Positions 12,930 to 26,599 of a stretch of DNA of 64,000 nt are shown here, in pieces. Origin of the DNA: Lophium mytilinum (lineage: Eukaryota); the NCBI GenBank assembly GCA_010093605.1, contig MU004186.1, positions 451,765 through 515,764 on the forward strand, read 5' to 3'. Each line of letters starts with the position of its first letter. The first letter of the stretch is position 1. The notes below the pieces were generated by a model. It had not been told where the DNA came from and searched no databases. It saw only the letters and a list, made by a program, of their open reading frames with translations. The translations under genes and the position numbers were made by a program.

Positions 12930-14697
12930 TCACCACCTAAGTTCGCTAACGAGGTACGGCCCAATAACGCAAACCGCAGTCCATATCACCGCAAACCCGC
13001 TCAGCGCCGCGAGCGGCTTCTGCGCGAGCGGGGCTTCGCTAATCTTAATCCAGATGCCGTACATTGCGACAGCGAAGAAGTGGTAGACCAGCACAGCCGG
13101 GTGCACGATGATGCCAGCGAGGAGCGACACGGGCTCGTCGACGCAGGCGCCGCCACGCTGGAAGTACTTGAAGCAGCCGCGCTGGAGCACCTTGAGGTTC
13201 GGGTCGTCGGCGGCGAAGAGGCTGTACAGCGCCATTGCTAGGATGTTGATGACGCTGCTGCCGTGCTTCCGCTTCCAGTGGAACCGCTGCATCTGCTTTA
13301 CGACGACGTTGGTGTCGTCGAGCGCGGGGACGTTTTCGGGGCTTAGGAGCTGGCGGAGCAGTACGACGTCTTTGAAGGCTACGGTCATGCCGCCGCCGGT
13401 TAGCGGGTGGCGCATGTTCATGGCGTCGCCGAGGATGATCATCCCCGGCGTTTTTTGGGTCGAGGGGTGGAGGAAGGAGTTGGGCATTGAGCGGAATTTG
13501 CCGTGTTCGATTGCGAGCTCGAAGCTGGGTCGTGTGCATTTGGGTAGAGAGGGGAGAACGACGTTTCGTAGGTGTCCTTTTACACCGCCGTTGGCTACGG
13601 AGGCGGAGGCTAGTTTCTCGGGTATGTCGCAGAGAATGCGGGTCTCGTGCGAGCCGATTTGGTAGATGAGAGTTGGGGGTCCGTCGGAGAGGATGACGTG
13701 GCCGTGCTTTGGAGCTGGGAGTTCGGCGTCGATGAGCTCGAGGGCCCAAAATTTGGACCGCACTTCCGGGGCGTTGGGGATGAACTCTTTGCGGAATTTG
13801 GAGGCATAGCCGTCTGATATTATGGTGAGAGCGCCGAAGTACTATTGGCCGTTAGCGTAGTTCTTGATACTTGCTAGATGAACCACGAGGGGTTGTAAAT
13901 GCGGCAAACGTTCCAACAAAAGGGTCATGGAATAGATCAGCGCACTCGTTCACTCACGTAGTCTTGTGCTGATTTTGTGGTGCATTCGACCCCTAGTATC
14001 TGTCCTGTCCAGCCGTTCTTGACCACGTCCGTCACGGTGGACTCTACTACTGTTACATTTGGTGTTTTCATGGCGGCAGTCCGGAGTTTTTGGATAAAGC
14101 GCCCATGGTGGAATGAGCGCCCCTCTGGCCTCTTTCCCGCTTTGTCTTTGGGATAGGGTATTTCTACGGGATCGTTGTAGTATATTACTGAGTAGCCATA
14201 GCACGGTACCGCATCAATGTCTTCGAGGCAATCTAAGAGGAAGAAGAAGCGATTAGCAAGGTGCTTATTCGAAGGACGTATGGTACATGTAAATTGGGCA
14301 CGTGGCGGAATTTCTGGCGGAAGTTTCTGGTGGAAGAAATGCCCCAAGCGTCCATCCAAAGGGCATAATGCATATAAAAGGCTTCAAAGGTAGACCAATT
14401 GTGACAACAAAAGTGGAATATGTACCCACCTGCAAGCCCCAGTTTCTCCAGTGCGTCAACGCCCCCGGGTTGTAGTAGTTCCCCCACGATGCGGTCCGGT
14501 TCCTTTAAACTCCTTTCAAGCAGTATGACGCTTCGACCCTGCCGCCCAAAAGCCACGGCTGCAGCGCATCCTACGATGCCTGCGCCCACTATTATTATGT
14601 CGGCCTCATGGTGTACGCGGCGGCGTTCTTCGCGCTCGTCTTTCTCGAGTAGGGATGTAGTGGAGGAAGACGCGGGTGAATCTAGTATCATAGGCAT
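12930..14697 (-). CDS. ERG1: Squalene epoxidase (squalene monooxygenase), 2 introns
   Basis: FAD motif IIVGAGIVG; EPDRIVGELLQPGG; GRSFHHGRFIQKLR; ILGDAMNMRHPLTGGGMTVA; C-terminal hydrophobic helices. Introns 14233-14429 and 13842-13957. Confidence 0.96.
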
Positions 14698-16232
14698 GGT
14701 GGCGGCTGGATGTCCCAAAACACGGGTCAACGACGTGGCATAGAGCAATTGACTACTGCGCCGGAAAGTTCGAAAGAGCTTCGAGGTGATTATTGAAGGT
14801 ATTAGTATCAAAAGGGTGCGCGTAGAGCATCAGAGAAGAAAAGACGGACTTGCGGTCTCGATTTATGGCGGACAAAAGATCAAGCGGTCAGTGGCGGTCG
14901 ACGCAGGGACAATTTAAAGTCAACCGCTGGCGAATCGGCGCGCCATGAACGAATGTCCCTCACACCACGGCGGACGTGCTTCCCCTGGCCAAGCTCAAAA
15001 GAGCAATAATTCGTGAAGCGGAGTCCTCCAGTCCCAACGGAAATGCCCTCGACAGTGGGGCGTGCTTTCACATGCGAATGATACTTCGCATTCACCACAC
15101 CGGACTTCCAGCTCGAACCACCAATATGTATCAGAACACCCCTCTCATAAAGACACCGACAGGCCGATTCCTTAGAGTCGTCGAGTATGCGATCGAGGTT
15201 AGCGCATATCGGTGCCAGATCTAGCTACGGAGTTCGTGCATAAGCTGACAGCATTTCCCGTCTCTGTACCTGTCCGTCATCACGAACCACCTAACAACAT
15301 ATAATTCTGCCATGAGAGCAGCAAGGCTTACTATAAGACTTATCTTTAGGCTGAATAGGTAAAAAGAATAGGTGTGCCACTCTCGTTTTTCGGTCTGAAC
15401 TTCATGCCACTGTCTCTGCGAGAATTCTGTTTGCTCTTCGTCGACACCTGCATGGTTACCGCAAAATCTGACTTGACACTGACTCTGGCATTGGTGCATG
15501 AGCTTGGTTTTCACCACGTTGTGCCATGTGGTCGTCGGGAGAGTTGAAACTTTCATTAGCACAACACTAGCATACACAGCACGAATGGGATGTAGGTTCC
15601 CCCATCGTGCGACATGTGCAACCAGATGTAGATTTCTGCGCCAGAAAGGGGAGCCGGCCAGAATCTGGCATACGATGACGAATCCTGGGTAGGTGTTAGG
15701 GCGAGAGTCACCTTCCTGTCTGCTGCAGGAGGAGGTCGTACAGGTTGCCTCATATTATCACGGGAATCATATTCGAGACATCCCTTATCAGGGACTGCGA
15801 ACTCCCCGTCGGCAACAATGCATTCGGGCACATGCATGGTGTAACCACCCCTCGTTCATTATTGGTCCTTCTTCCCACTCAGCTGCAAATAACCTTGCCT
15901 TTTGTCGTCCTCCAGAACCCCAGCCTTCTTTGGCCCCCACAAGGCAACGCTTGGCTGTTCCATCCGGCAACACGCATTCGTAGGGTTTCTCTTGTCCATC
16001 ATTGGTCTTTCTTCCTACTCGGCTGCAGACGATTTCGCCTTTTTTGATCCTTCATAATCCCCAGCCCTTTTCAGCCCGCTCTCTCTGAGAAATCACCGTG
16101 AATACTCTTGACACCCGCTCACCATGCCATAATTCAATCCATAAAGCTGTTGCTTTCGCTATTGAGATCAATCGGGCCTAGAAAGTCTCCAAACTTCGAC
16201 CCTTCCACTTTCAGGCCATACCGGTGAGCATT

Positions 16233-19200
16233 ATGGCAACCGATAACCTCTCAGGCAGTACCCAGACCGATGTCCGCGATTTTGGCAATGTGGAAACCGA
16301 ACCGTTCCGCTGGGCACCGCAGACAGCCAAGATCTCTAGCGGAGAGGCGAAACAGAAGCGCCGACTCTCCCAAAGAAACGTTGATGCAATCAACAAATGG
16401 CCGTCTGGGCCGCCAGACTCGTACGTGGACAGAGTGCCAATAGAGGACTCAGAGCATATATGGCAAACAATATCAGGCAAGAAAGCGCAGGACTCCACCG
16501 ATTTCTTGAGAGTATACTGTCTCTTTGATCGCCCTCCGTCCCTTGACAAGGTCTTATCCTGGAGACGGGCGTGGACTTCGTGGAGCTACGAGGGTGGGTA
16601 CCCAAGCTTCTCAAAGTTCCTGAAACTCGCAGGGCGGACTCGGAAATCTCGCTGTAGATTTCTGATCAGCGATCTCGATCTCACTGCGGGGAAAACCGAA
16701 GAATATCTCTTCCGAGACTCTGCGGTGGATAGAGGTCTTGATGATTTGTGGGAAAATATCAAACAACGCCCAATGTGGGCAAAACAAAAATCTACTACAG
16801 CTATTACTCGGATCATGCAAATCGTCGATCTTTCTCCGATGGTGCTGGCATGCATAATTGGTTCCACACCGCGGTAAGTCCACTAACCTCTACACAAAGC
16901 ACCCCGCAAAAGGATGCTAACATCGTACCCAGTGTGGACGTCAGCTATGTGGCAAGCTTTGTCGATCGTCACCTCAAGTTCATGAACTGGGGCATGGCGA
17001 ACCTGAATAAGTTCCGTGATCTGGTGGGCTCTAACCCAGCAACAAAAATTGGAAGGGCGATTGCTAATCGCATTAGGGCTGGAGTACATACACTCTGGAG
17101 TACCATTTCGCCTTTTATCACGTGTCTCTCGACTACGTTGACCCCGAGTCGGTTCAACACGACCCAAGAGACTGGCGTAGATCTGCATCTTTCGGGCGAG
17201 AAAAAGAAGGCTGTACTCGCCACATCCATGAGACAACGTTGTCATTTCTTCTCGTTGGTCACTTCAGTGATCTGTCTACCTGCATTCAGATGGAAGAGGC
17301 GTACTATAAGGATCCTTATGCAAAGGACACTGGCAGCCGATCATTCCGGCCTTTTGATGCCAGCCAACCGTCAGCTATGCGCCTCCTATCGTGGGTTGCT
17401 GTAGCCTTGTATCATGTGTCTTGGAGATGGCAATGTGCTATAGATGCGGTGGACTCCGAGATCACCTTTCCAGTAAGATGGTTCCAACCGGGGGTCAGTC
17501 TATGCACTAACTGGGCAAGGCAGAAGTAGTGTTCAGTCGGGACAGGACAGGTACGTGATGTGGTCATATATTCGAATCCCCGCAACATTAGTCCATAGTG
17601 CTAACAGAGATATGAAGTGCTCATGACCGACGATCCTAAGTTTTCCCACGCAAAAACATACTATTGGGCCCTGCAGACTTACACGCTTTTTGAGGTTAGT
17701 TATAGGTAGAAAGATACACGGACATCTCAAAGGACTGACGATATTAGCAAACCCTCAATGATACAATTAAAACCTGGGAGAATTTTGAGATGAAATCGTT
17801 GCCCCGGCTACAGCATTCAAAGCTGGACAAGAGAGAGTGGGATGTCAAGATAGAGAACATTCAGGCATGCATGGCCGAACTTCAGAACAAGAGGGTTAGG
17901 ATCAAGGAACGGATCGAACACGTCAAGGACCTACGTGAGGGTGTAAGAGAATCCAAATCGTCATTCAACAAGAAAAAGACACATATACTTACTCCTTCGA
18001 TAGCTAGCTTCCGCATCCGCACTGTTCGACAGCCGCGCCGCCATACGCCAAGGGGATAATATTCGGTTACTTACTTATGTCAATCTCTTGTTTCTTCCCC
18101 TGTCTTTTGGGACGGTTCGTGCACAGTTCTACTATCATAAGCGTGTCGGCGGTCAACTAACTTTTTGTAGAGTATCTTCGGAATGCAAATCATGGGTAGC
18201 GGCCATGGAACAGTACGGGCTTTTGCAATAACGCTCCCTTCGATATTCATCGGAACTGTTTTCCTCATCATGAATCTTCAGAACGTTTTGAATGCCTGGG
18301 ATACCGTCACGGGGGGTACAGCTATCTGGCTTCTCCGGAATATGCGCCATCATCGAAGACAAGACTGGAAGCAACGCGCCATTCAGGTCGAAGAAGATGT
18401 AGCGGCAACTCGTACACCAGTACTCAAAGCACGCCGCAAAACTGGAGGCTGGGTATACCTCATGTTCATCTTCGAAGTAGTTCTCGTTGGCATCCCTGCT
18501 AACGAAGTGCTCGTCGCTCGCGAGTATTGCATCTCCTTACTCGAGAAGATTCGGCACCCATGTCGGATGCCAAAGTCCATCGATAACCTCGAATCCGGCC
18601 CTATTGACCCCACCGAGGGAGCCCAAGCTAGCATTAGGAAGATGCTTGTCAGAGAGCGAGCTCAAAACCTTCGTGACAAGTATGACAAAGGAGCACGAAA
18701 ACGAGAAGATCTAGCCTATTGGACTTCTAAGGTTGTCCTGGGCGCCCTAAATGGCATTTTGATCATGACTAGAATTCTTTTCCTCCCGATATGGATACCT
18801 CTCCTCGTCATTGTCTACCTTCTCCTGGTAATCTATCTGCAATGGGCACCCTCGCCTAAATATCAAACTATCTCACAGGAACCGGAACTAAAGCCAAACG
18901 TACTATCACAATCTCCCTGGGCACATGCTTGTCAAACACTAGGTTTAGATTTCCTTCTTCCTAGCTCTGCACCGCTGCCAGCACTGGCCCCAATCCCGAG
19001 CGAGGAGGACGTCACACCGAGCAAACTGATACGTAAAGCTACCCAAACAAAAAGGACGAGAAGGCCAAGCATTATCAGCATCGAAAAAGCGAAACGCGTG
19101 GGTAAGATTGGCAAAGGAAACTTGACCGTGGACTTGGCCCCAGTACGCGAAAGTGCCGAGGAAAATAGAGGGAAGATAGGTCCTGTATCGCCTTCATCAC

Positions 19201-19256
19201 CGAGACCGCTTTCACAGATCTCCATGCCGGACTCTGCAGGGGCTCGAAGTTCTTGA
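16233..19256 (+). CDS. CorA-like Mg2+ transporter domain protein, multi-exon
   Basis: Exons can be joined in frame through about 7 GT-AG introns. A coiled coil precedes GDNIRLLTYVNLLFLPLSFGT|SIFGMQ (variant of the CorA GMN signature), followed by further TM segments. Confidence 0.75.
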
Positions 19257-20568
19257 TGATATCATTGTGGTTTTCTCGTTCCAACTCGCTGAAGTTCATC
19301 GACCGTTATAAATTCCATCATCTTGATGACAAAATATGTCACATCTTCAGCCTTTCATATTCAAGGGTCAATCAGCCATTTCGGAACTGCAATCGTGGGC
19401 CCATTTCTTTTAGGCTTCAGTCACGTAATATTAGCCCAGCCCACAGCGTCGTGCAGCGTGCCTTCGTTGGGTCTTAATTACCACCCAATGTTGACTTCCC
19501 CAAAAGCGAAATCAGATCGACAATCACTCCCCAAATAGCCTCTTGCTTTTCGAATCTTGGGCATAGATTTTCTCTTTCCGGAGGACGCAAACACTCCTGC
19601 GATATCGATTCGAAGCGCAGGCATGAAAAACATCCGCCCGGCAAAATACTAGAATAGGCAAGCGTGCGAGGTTAGAGGATATCTAAAGTTCAACGAATCA
19701 GGCGAAACAAATACCAGTAAAGGTAGTAAGGACGGAGCAAATTCGGTTCTAGCGTCCGTCCGAGCGGGCCCCGAAGTAAAGGAGGGGACCATGGGGAACC
19801 ATGGCACCATGGGCCCGTCCTCGTCTAGACCTCTATTGTCACGGACGTCTATGGCGCATTCGAAATCGACCCAAACAGAGCTACACTGATTCAAAACTCG
19901 AGCACTGCTGAAAGCATAGCTCTAGAATATCGAGAGCCCTAATCCAGATGAATAATATGCAAGCGTACTAGTCAGATGTTAAATCACAGCGAGCTCCCAC
20001 CCGCGCGGGAGTCGAGATAGCCTCCCCTCCTTCGCTAAAAAAGTCTATGTGAGGTTTGATTCGCCCTCGCTCTGAGATATAGAGTCCCATGTTCCAGACT
20101 AAGCGCATTACTAAGACTGTATAAAACTGACTATACAGCGACCCGCCCTGAACATCAACTGCAGCCGGGCTAGCCGACGCCATCATGACGTGGGACATCA
20201 CTACGAACCATGTCGAAAATCAGAAAGTTTATCTACCTGAGCAAGATATTTCTCACACCCCATGCGCGATAAGTCGTCACGATCACGGCTTGATTATGTG
20301 CATCCGCTGTGGGCCGTAGATCGCGATTCGGCAGATGGCTGCTTCTTCTAACGCTGGGCTACGTTAGGCATGTGGAATATATATGTATTGAGATACCCCG
20401 TTGGGTAGATAAGAGGGTTTTTTTGGTTCCGGACTAATTCTTCTCTTATTTCGCTGTCGGGTTTGTGAAGTCTCGATTTGATATTGACAAGAACGGACTT
20501 CGATTGTTGAGGACTACACCGCAACTGACTCTATCGCATCTATTCAATCAGCCTCGTTTGGTTTCAGA

Positions 20569-22279
20569 ATGGCACCATCAGCGGCACCAGCAGCGGCACC
20601 AGACTCTAATCCAGACTCATTCCAATTAAAGACCAAAGAACCTGACTTCCCTGAAGAGAGGGAGGGATGGAAAGGCTACGTAGAATGGGAGCATTACCCA
20701 GAGAAAAAGAAGCAAGCTGCTGAATACCTATCGAACTACAAGTTCCCAGACGTATGCCATTGACTGCTACATCTTCCATCTCCTATCCCCAACTAACACC
20801 TCCCAGTGCCCCGAATTCCAACTCGGCCCCCTCCCCACCACCAACCCCATCCTCGAAGGCGTCCGCTGGAAACAATACCACTACGCCCTCGGCTCCACCC
20901 TCAAAAACATCCCCTCCATCTCCTGGTCCTACGTGCTCTCCGAAAAAGCCGCCGACATGATCCACGTCCTGCAATTCCCATACAACGGCGAGCCCCCCCG
21001 CGCGCGCCTCGTAGAAACCCCCATCACCCCGAACACGGACCACTTCATCCGCAACCACGGCGGGATCCCCGAAATCGACCCGGCGGCCTACACGCTCGAC
21101 ATCAGCGGGCTCGTCAACATCCCGAAGCGCCTCACCCTCGCCGACCTGCAGAACGAAGCCCTGTTCCCGCGCCAGAGCAACGTCGTGACGATCCAGTGCA
21201 GCGGCACGCGCCGCATCGAGCAGATCCGCGAGTACCCGGGCGACGGCGACGAGCTGATCAACGCGCCGTGGGGGGAGGGCGCCATCGGGACAGCACGCTG
21301 GACAGGCGTCTCCCTCAAAAAAGTGATCAAGTACTGCGGCGGGCTCAAGAACCCCGCGACGGCGCATCTAGAATTCTTCGGCGCCGACACCTACTTCAAG
21401 AAGGGCCAGGTGCAGAACTACGTCGTGTCGGTGCCGTGGCGGAAGGTCAAAGTGAATGAGGTGCTGCTCGCGTGGGAGATGAACGGCGAGCCGCTGCCGA
21501 AGATCCATGGGTTTCCGCTGCGCACGGTGGTGTTTGGGTATATTGGTGCGCGGAGCTGTAAGTGGTTGTATGAGATCCGGGCGATTGATGGGCCGTCGCG
21601 CGCGCCGGTGCAGATGAAGGAGTATCTGTATTATACGCCGCAGATCGGGAAGCAGAACGCGAAGTATAGTAATGGGTTTAGTATTCAGGATATGCCCGTC
21701 AGCTCGGCGATCATGACGCCCGTTACTATGGACCAGATTGTGCACGATGGGACGATCAAGCTGCGCGGGTGGGCGTACAGTGGCGGCGGGCACTGGCCGG
21801 AACGTGTGGAGGTGAGCTCGGATGGCGGAGGCGTGTGGTACGAAGTCCCGGATGAGAACCTGTCGGAGAAGTACTATTATGCGTGGAGGTTGTGGGAGAT
21901 TGATTTGCCAGTTGATGCGGAAGGGTGGTTGGACTTTTGTGTGAGGACGTGGGATAATGCCTTGAATACGCAGCCGACGTTTGTGAGGAGTGCTTGGTAA
22001 GTCTGTTCTTGTTGCCATACGTTCTTTCAAGTTCTTCCGAGGATGTTGCTGATACGTTCTTGAAGGAACTGGGATCTGCATGTCACGTCGTCGTGCCATC
22101 GCATCAAAATATACAGTATCAACCGCTCTCGTCCAGCAACAGCGGCGCGACTTAAGTGGCTGGAGGAGAAGGGAATACCAATCTTGCCAATAACGCAACC
22201 CATAGAGTTGAGTCTTGAAAGTGATGAGGATTATGATAGGGAGATGGCGAAGAGGCAAGGGCGAGATCCGATAGAGTGA
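20569..22279 (+). CDS. Sulfite oxidase family molybdopterin oxidoreductase lacking a heme domain, 2 introns
   Basis: PYNGEPP, HFIRNHGGIP, Mo-ligand Cys in IQCSGTRR, EMNGEPLPKIHGFPLR, GYIGARSCKWL, dimerisation domain GWAYSGGG; stop TGA 22277-22279. Confidence 0.92.
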
Positions 22280-22568
22280 ATGGCGATTAGGTTAATTAGT
22301 CGAATCCCCTGGAATCAAGCATTTAACGACGAAGAATCAATGAGATGAATTAGCCATGTCGTCCACTGTGAAGATGATGAAGGCTAAGTCATGCTTGACT
22401 TCGCAATACCGAATTTGCAAAGCTACTCATCCATTACCAACCCCTGAAAATCCCGAAATCGTGCCGGACATTTCATTACTGCTCATTACAACGCTTCAAC
22501 TTTTGTCGCTCATAGAAAGGTGACTTTCCAGCCCGCTCCACACTTACCTACCTACCTTCCCTTCCGTT

Positions 22569-23671
22569 TCAACTGCTCGCCCATTCATTCTCAATATGCC
22601 CGCCGTGTTCCTGTTCCCCTCCGTTAGGGGTCGAATTCGGGAACAATTCCGCAATCTGTCCCTCAATACTCCGTTGAGGCACCTCTGCGGTCTCGCCGTC
22701 CCCACTCTCACTCGCCTCTATAATAGGATTATCAGAGTAACGCTCACTAGCCGGCAGGAAGTCAATCGCGCGACGCGGATCCGCTGTGTTCTGCTGCTCT
22801 TCGTCGCCATTCGTGATCTGCAGGCGACGAGGGAGGACGCGGTGAAGCCAAGAGGGGCGGTGAAGGGAAGGATTGACGATGATGAGTAGCTATGCCATGT
22901 TAGTCTCTCGTGAATGATTCGATACTGAAGATTTCAGGAGAACTCCTGACCTGCCACACGACCACAAATCCCACCGCACCGATCAGCAGCCCCGCCAATC
23001 TTTGCTCTTCGTTCTTCCATGGCCCGATGCACCCAACAGTCCTCTCGTACCGCACCTCACACGCATCGATACCATGCCTCTTATCCGGGAACGGCCACGC
23101 GCGGTCATGTGTATTCATGAGACCGCAGCACTGCAACGCGTCCTGGATCTCCTTAATCACATGGCCATTCTTAGCTGAGCGTAGCGCCTTCCATCGAGTT
23201 TCAAGGCCGCAGAGAAGGTCGGAGGCTGGGGCGACGTGGGTGCCGAGCAAGCTAATCAGGACGGAGGAGTAGATCAGGACGACTGTGTTGACAATGACGA
23301 TGTAGGGCGGCGGTGGAGATTTGGAGATCAGGGACTTTTGACGTTTGAGGTGCTGGCTGGTGAGGCTGTGGCTAACTTGGATGAGGAGGCCAGATACGAG
23401 GGGGAGAGCAGCGGTGAAGCCAGAGAGCGTACGGGGGATGGGGAGGGCGAGGTGGTTGGCGCGTGAGGTTGCATAGCTGTGGAGTTTCTCTTAGCTGTGT
23501 AGAGTAATCTGTTTAGGAAGAGCTAACCTAGCTAATGCGGTGATGACCACAAGATACTGTCGTTTTCGAGTAAGCTTTAATGGTCTATAATGAAATACAG
23601 GATACGGTATATATAGGGCCGCTCACAATGATGCTGCCAGCCGTGACAAGCTCTTTCCTGGTGTACGGCAT
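22569..23671 (-). CDS. Fungal tetraspanin, Tsp3-like, 3 introns
   Basis: Rebuilt start MPYTRKELVTAGSII|YLVVITALA; four hydrophobic segments; large loop with IQDALQCCG and DRAWPFP...C...GC; hydrophilic C-terminal tail. Confidence 0.8.
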
Positions 23672-24941
23672 GTTGGGAGTGGCTTTCCGTACAATGCTCT
23701 ACACGGCGGTTTGTTTGTCGAAGATGTTGTAATTCTGTGGGTGCTACTTCGGTGACTCAACGCGTATACCGCGTCTAATAGTGAAGCAAAATCAATTTTT
23801 GACGGACCGTACCATGCAGCTAGTAGGAAAGAGAGGAGATTCGAAGATGATGTGTTGTTGAGCTTGGAAGGTGCCTAGTGAGCCGTGGAGCGATGGAAGG
23901 AGCGGAGGGCGGACCTCGATGCTGGTTGGCGATCAAACATGCGGGGTCGCCATCGAAAGGTTATGGACTGGGATGGCATAAGCTGCTTGGAGTGAGACAA
24001 GAGACGGCTACGGACAGACTAGTAAATTGGACAAGATAACTGGAGCGATAGGACGACAAGGATTTGACGGACACGTGCAGATTCTCGGAAAGAGGACTAT
24101 TGGCTTACACGGCTGTTGCAGGATTGGTGGTATACCTCATATTCTGACCTTCACTACATCTTCATGGTTGCTCTGCAATACTTCTGGACCATTTTTACGC
24201 TAGCCTCATTCAAGAATTCGCGTCAGACGCGTCCAACAGAGCAATACGTTAACAGTTTCTCAAGGCCCCTTTATCGGCCACCACAGCATCTAATCATGCT
24301 GAATAGCCCCCTGCACCTGCGTGCAGGGCCTAAGACGCCCAGTGACACCCTCTCGCGGTCCCGGTAGTACCATAGCACATATGTCGATTGGTTCCTGGCT
24401 AAACCTGGTGGGAACGCGGTTGACAGTACTTGGGGAATGTGCGGGCTGAGATGGGAGGAATAACAAAGGTGAATGCGAGACGTGACCACGTTCTGGGCTT
24501 GCGGCGTTTTGAAAAGTGAATGAAAAGGTTACTAGGAGTTGGACACTTCACTTAGCTTAGGGGCAAAGCTGAGTAACTGGAATCACGTGACCTTGGTATG
24601 TTCTTTTCACTGTTACCGCTCTCCTGCACTCTCGAGTGTCCGCAATCAGCTATTATTGGAGACAAACTTTCGAATCCTTCCTTCATCGTCACGTTGCGCT
24701 TACTTAGCGATCTTAGAGCGATGTGTTTGTGATCGATACAGTTCATTAAGTATTAAGTACGGTACTTCTGCTCTCCACTATCATACACTCCGTGCCAAAT
24801 GAACCCCACTCTCCAACCATGCAGACATCAGCGCCGAGTCGCGCGCTGCTTTTTCGTGGTATAATGCGTTCAAACATAAAGACAAAGAAAATATTATCCA
24901 GGAATGCTTAGCAGACGTTCACATCTTTTGGAGTCGACGCC

Positions 24942-25865
24942 CTAGTAATTGGTGGCAGGCGTAGCGTGGGTGTTGTCGTAGCCGTACGGGTTGACCGCAC
25001 CACCGGTAGGGGCGGTGTGATATCCGCCGACTTTGTGGCTGTTTTCGTAAGGACCCGCTGGGGCAACGGTAGAGCCAGTGTAGCCGGTCTCGTGGGATGG
25101 GCGAACGTCGTGCTTGTCGGCCATAAGCCCAGCTGGGACACCAGCACCGACGGTTCCGAGCTCAGAGTCGCGGGCAACGGTGTTCTTGGGCTTGCGCTGC
25201 CAGAACTTGCGGCGGCCACCGCTTCCGGAGGTGTAGTTGTTAGATGGGCCGGGTCCGTAACGCTTGTCTTTCTTGTGCTTGCGAGCAAGGAAGACCTGGA
25301 CGAGGGCGGAGATCAGGAAGAGGAGACTGTATCGATTAGTACTTGAGACATAGTGTGGGAGTTTGATGGTAGTGACTTACGCTCCAAGGATCGCAACAGC
25401 GAAACAAGCAGTATTGAGACGGCAGGCTGTGCCGAGGCTAACAGAGTAAGTCACGTTGCTGGAATCGTCGTGCTTGTCCCCAAAGCCGTTTGCGCCGAAA
25501 CCGTTCTTTGATTTCGATTGGCCGTTTCCAAGAGGAGTCTTGACATTACCACTGCAGCTACCCGCGCCGTGACGGGTCAAAACCGCAATGGCAACAAAGG
25601 CGCCGCAGAAGAGAATGTCGAGGAGGATTGCAATGAAAGCAAAGAAGGTCTTTCCCCCCAAGAAGCAAGTGAGGAGGACGGCGAAGATGAGATAGAGAAC
25701 GGCAGCGCCCGAGAGGCCCTCAACAGCCTTCTCCCATGTTGGGATACCGAGATTCCGATCGGCGAGAACTGAGAGGAAGTAGGAGTAGATGCCGAGAATT
25801 ATGCCAGCGCAGCAGAACTCTACAGCGTAGAGGAATGTCTGAAGCAGTTTCAAGAAGGCTGCCAT
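24942..25865 (-). CDS. MARVEL-like four-TM membrane protein, 1 intron
   Basis: Starts MAAFLKLLQTFLYAVEFCCAGIILGIYSYFL; four TM helices; CRLNTACFAVAI; low-complexity cytoplasmic tail ending ATNY*. Confidence 0.8.
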
Positions 25866-26599
25866 CGCAAATATAGTGGACGTATGTCTGGTCGGCCAAA
25901 GAAAAGGTTGGAGGAGGAACTGGGGGACCGTGCGATACGATATAGGCCAGGTATTTTGGTTGGTCAAGTGAAAGGGGTTGGGGGCGAGGCTTTGATTTAT
26001 ATGGTGGAGGGAAGAACAGGCGACGCGCAGCGGTTGTGGCCATCACGTATCGATGTCATAATGGCCCGTGCCGAATAAAGACATTGGCTATGACGTGGGC
26101 TCCAGGTCAAGCCACACGCAACGTCCTCGCCTTGATTTTGCAGCATTGTCATTCGCCCACGCCGCCGATCGCTGCGGGAAGGGAGATCGAGACCATGGAA
26201 GCCGGTCTTGGCGCGTGGCTTTGATCCTGATTTCTCCGCAGCCGCCCCTTGGTTGCCCTGGCCCTGGACCCTTTACGACGCCATTCATCATACCACCAGC
26301 GTCGTGCCACGCCGCCGTCGACGAGCAACCAAGGCAGTCTTGTTCCCTTGCGCCGACTCCCCTGTTGGAGGAGGCCACATGTCACTCATTTCCGGCTGCT
26401 GCAGCGAAACAATCTCAGGTAGTCATTTCACAGCTTCGCGAATCACAGTGCTGTCAACGAATGAGCAACAGGCGCCGTCCCATTTTGTGCTTGATACATA
26501 CAGTCCTACGCTTGCAGAAAGAAATGAAAGCAATACTCGCTTAAATTGCCAAACACCAGTGCAAGAAACCCTGCCAATTCAAACACAGGGGACAGTCTG

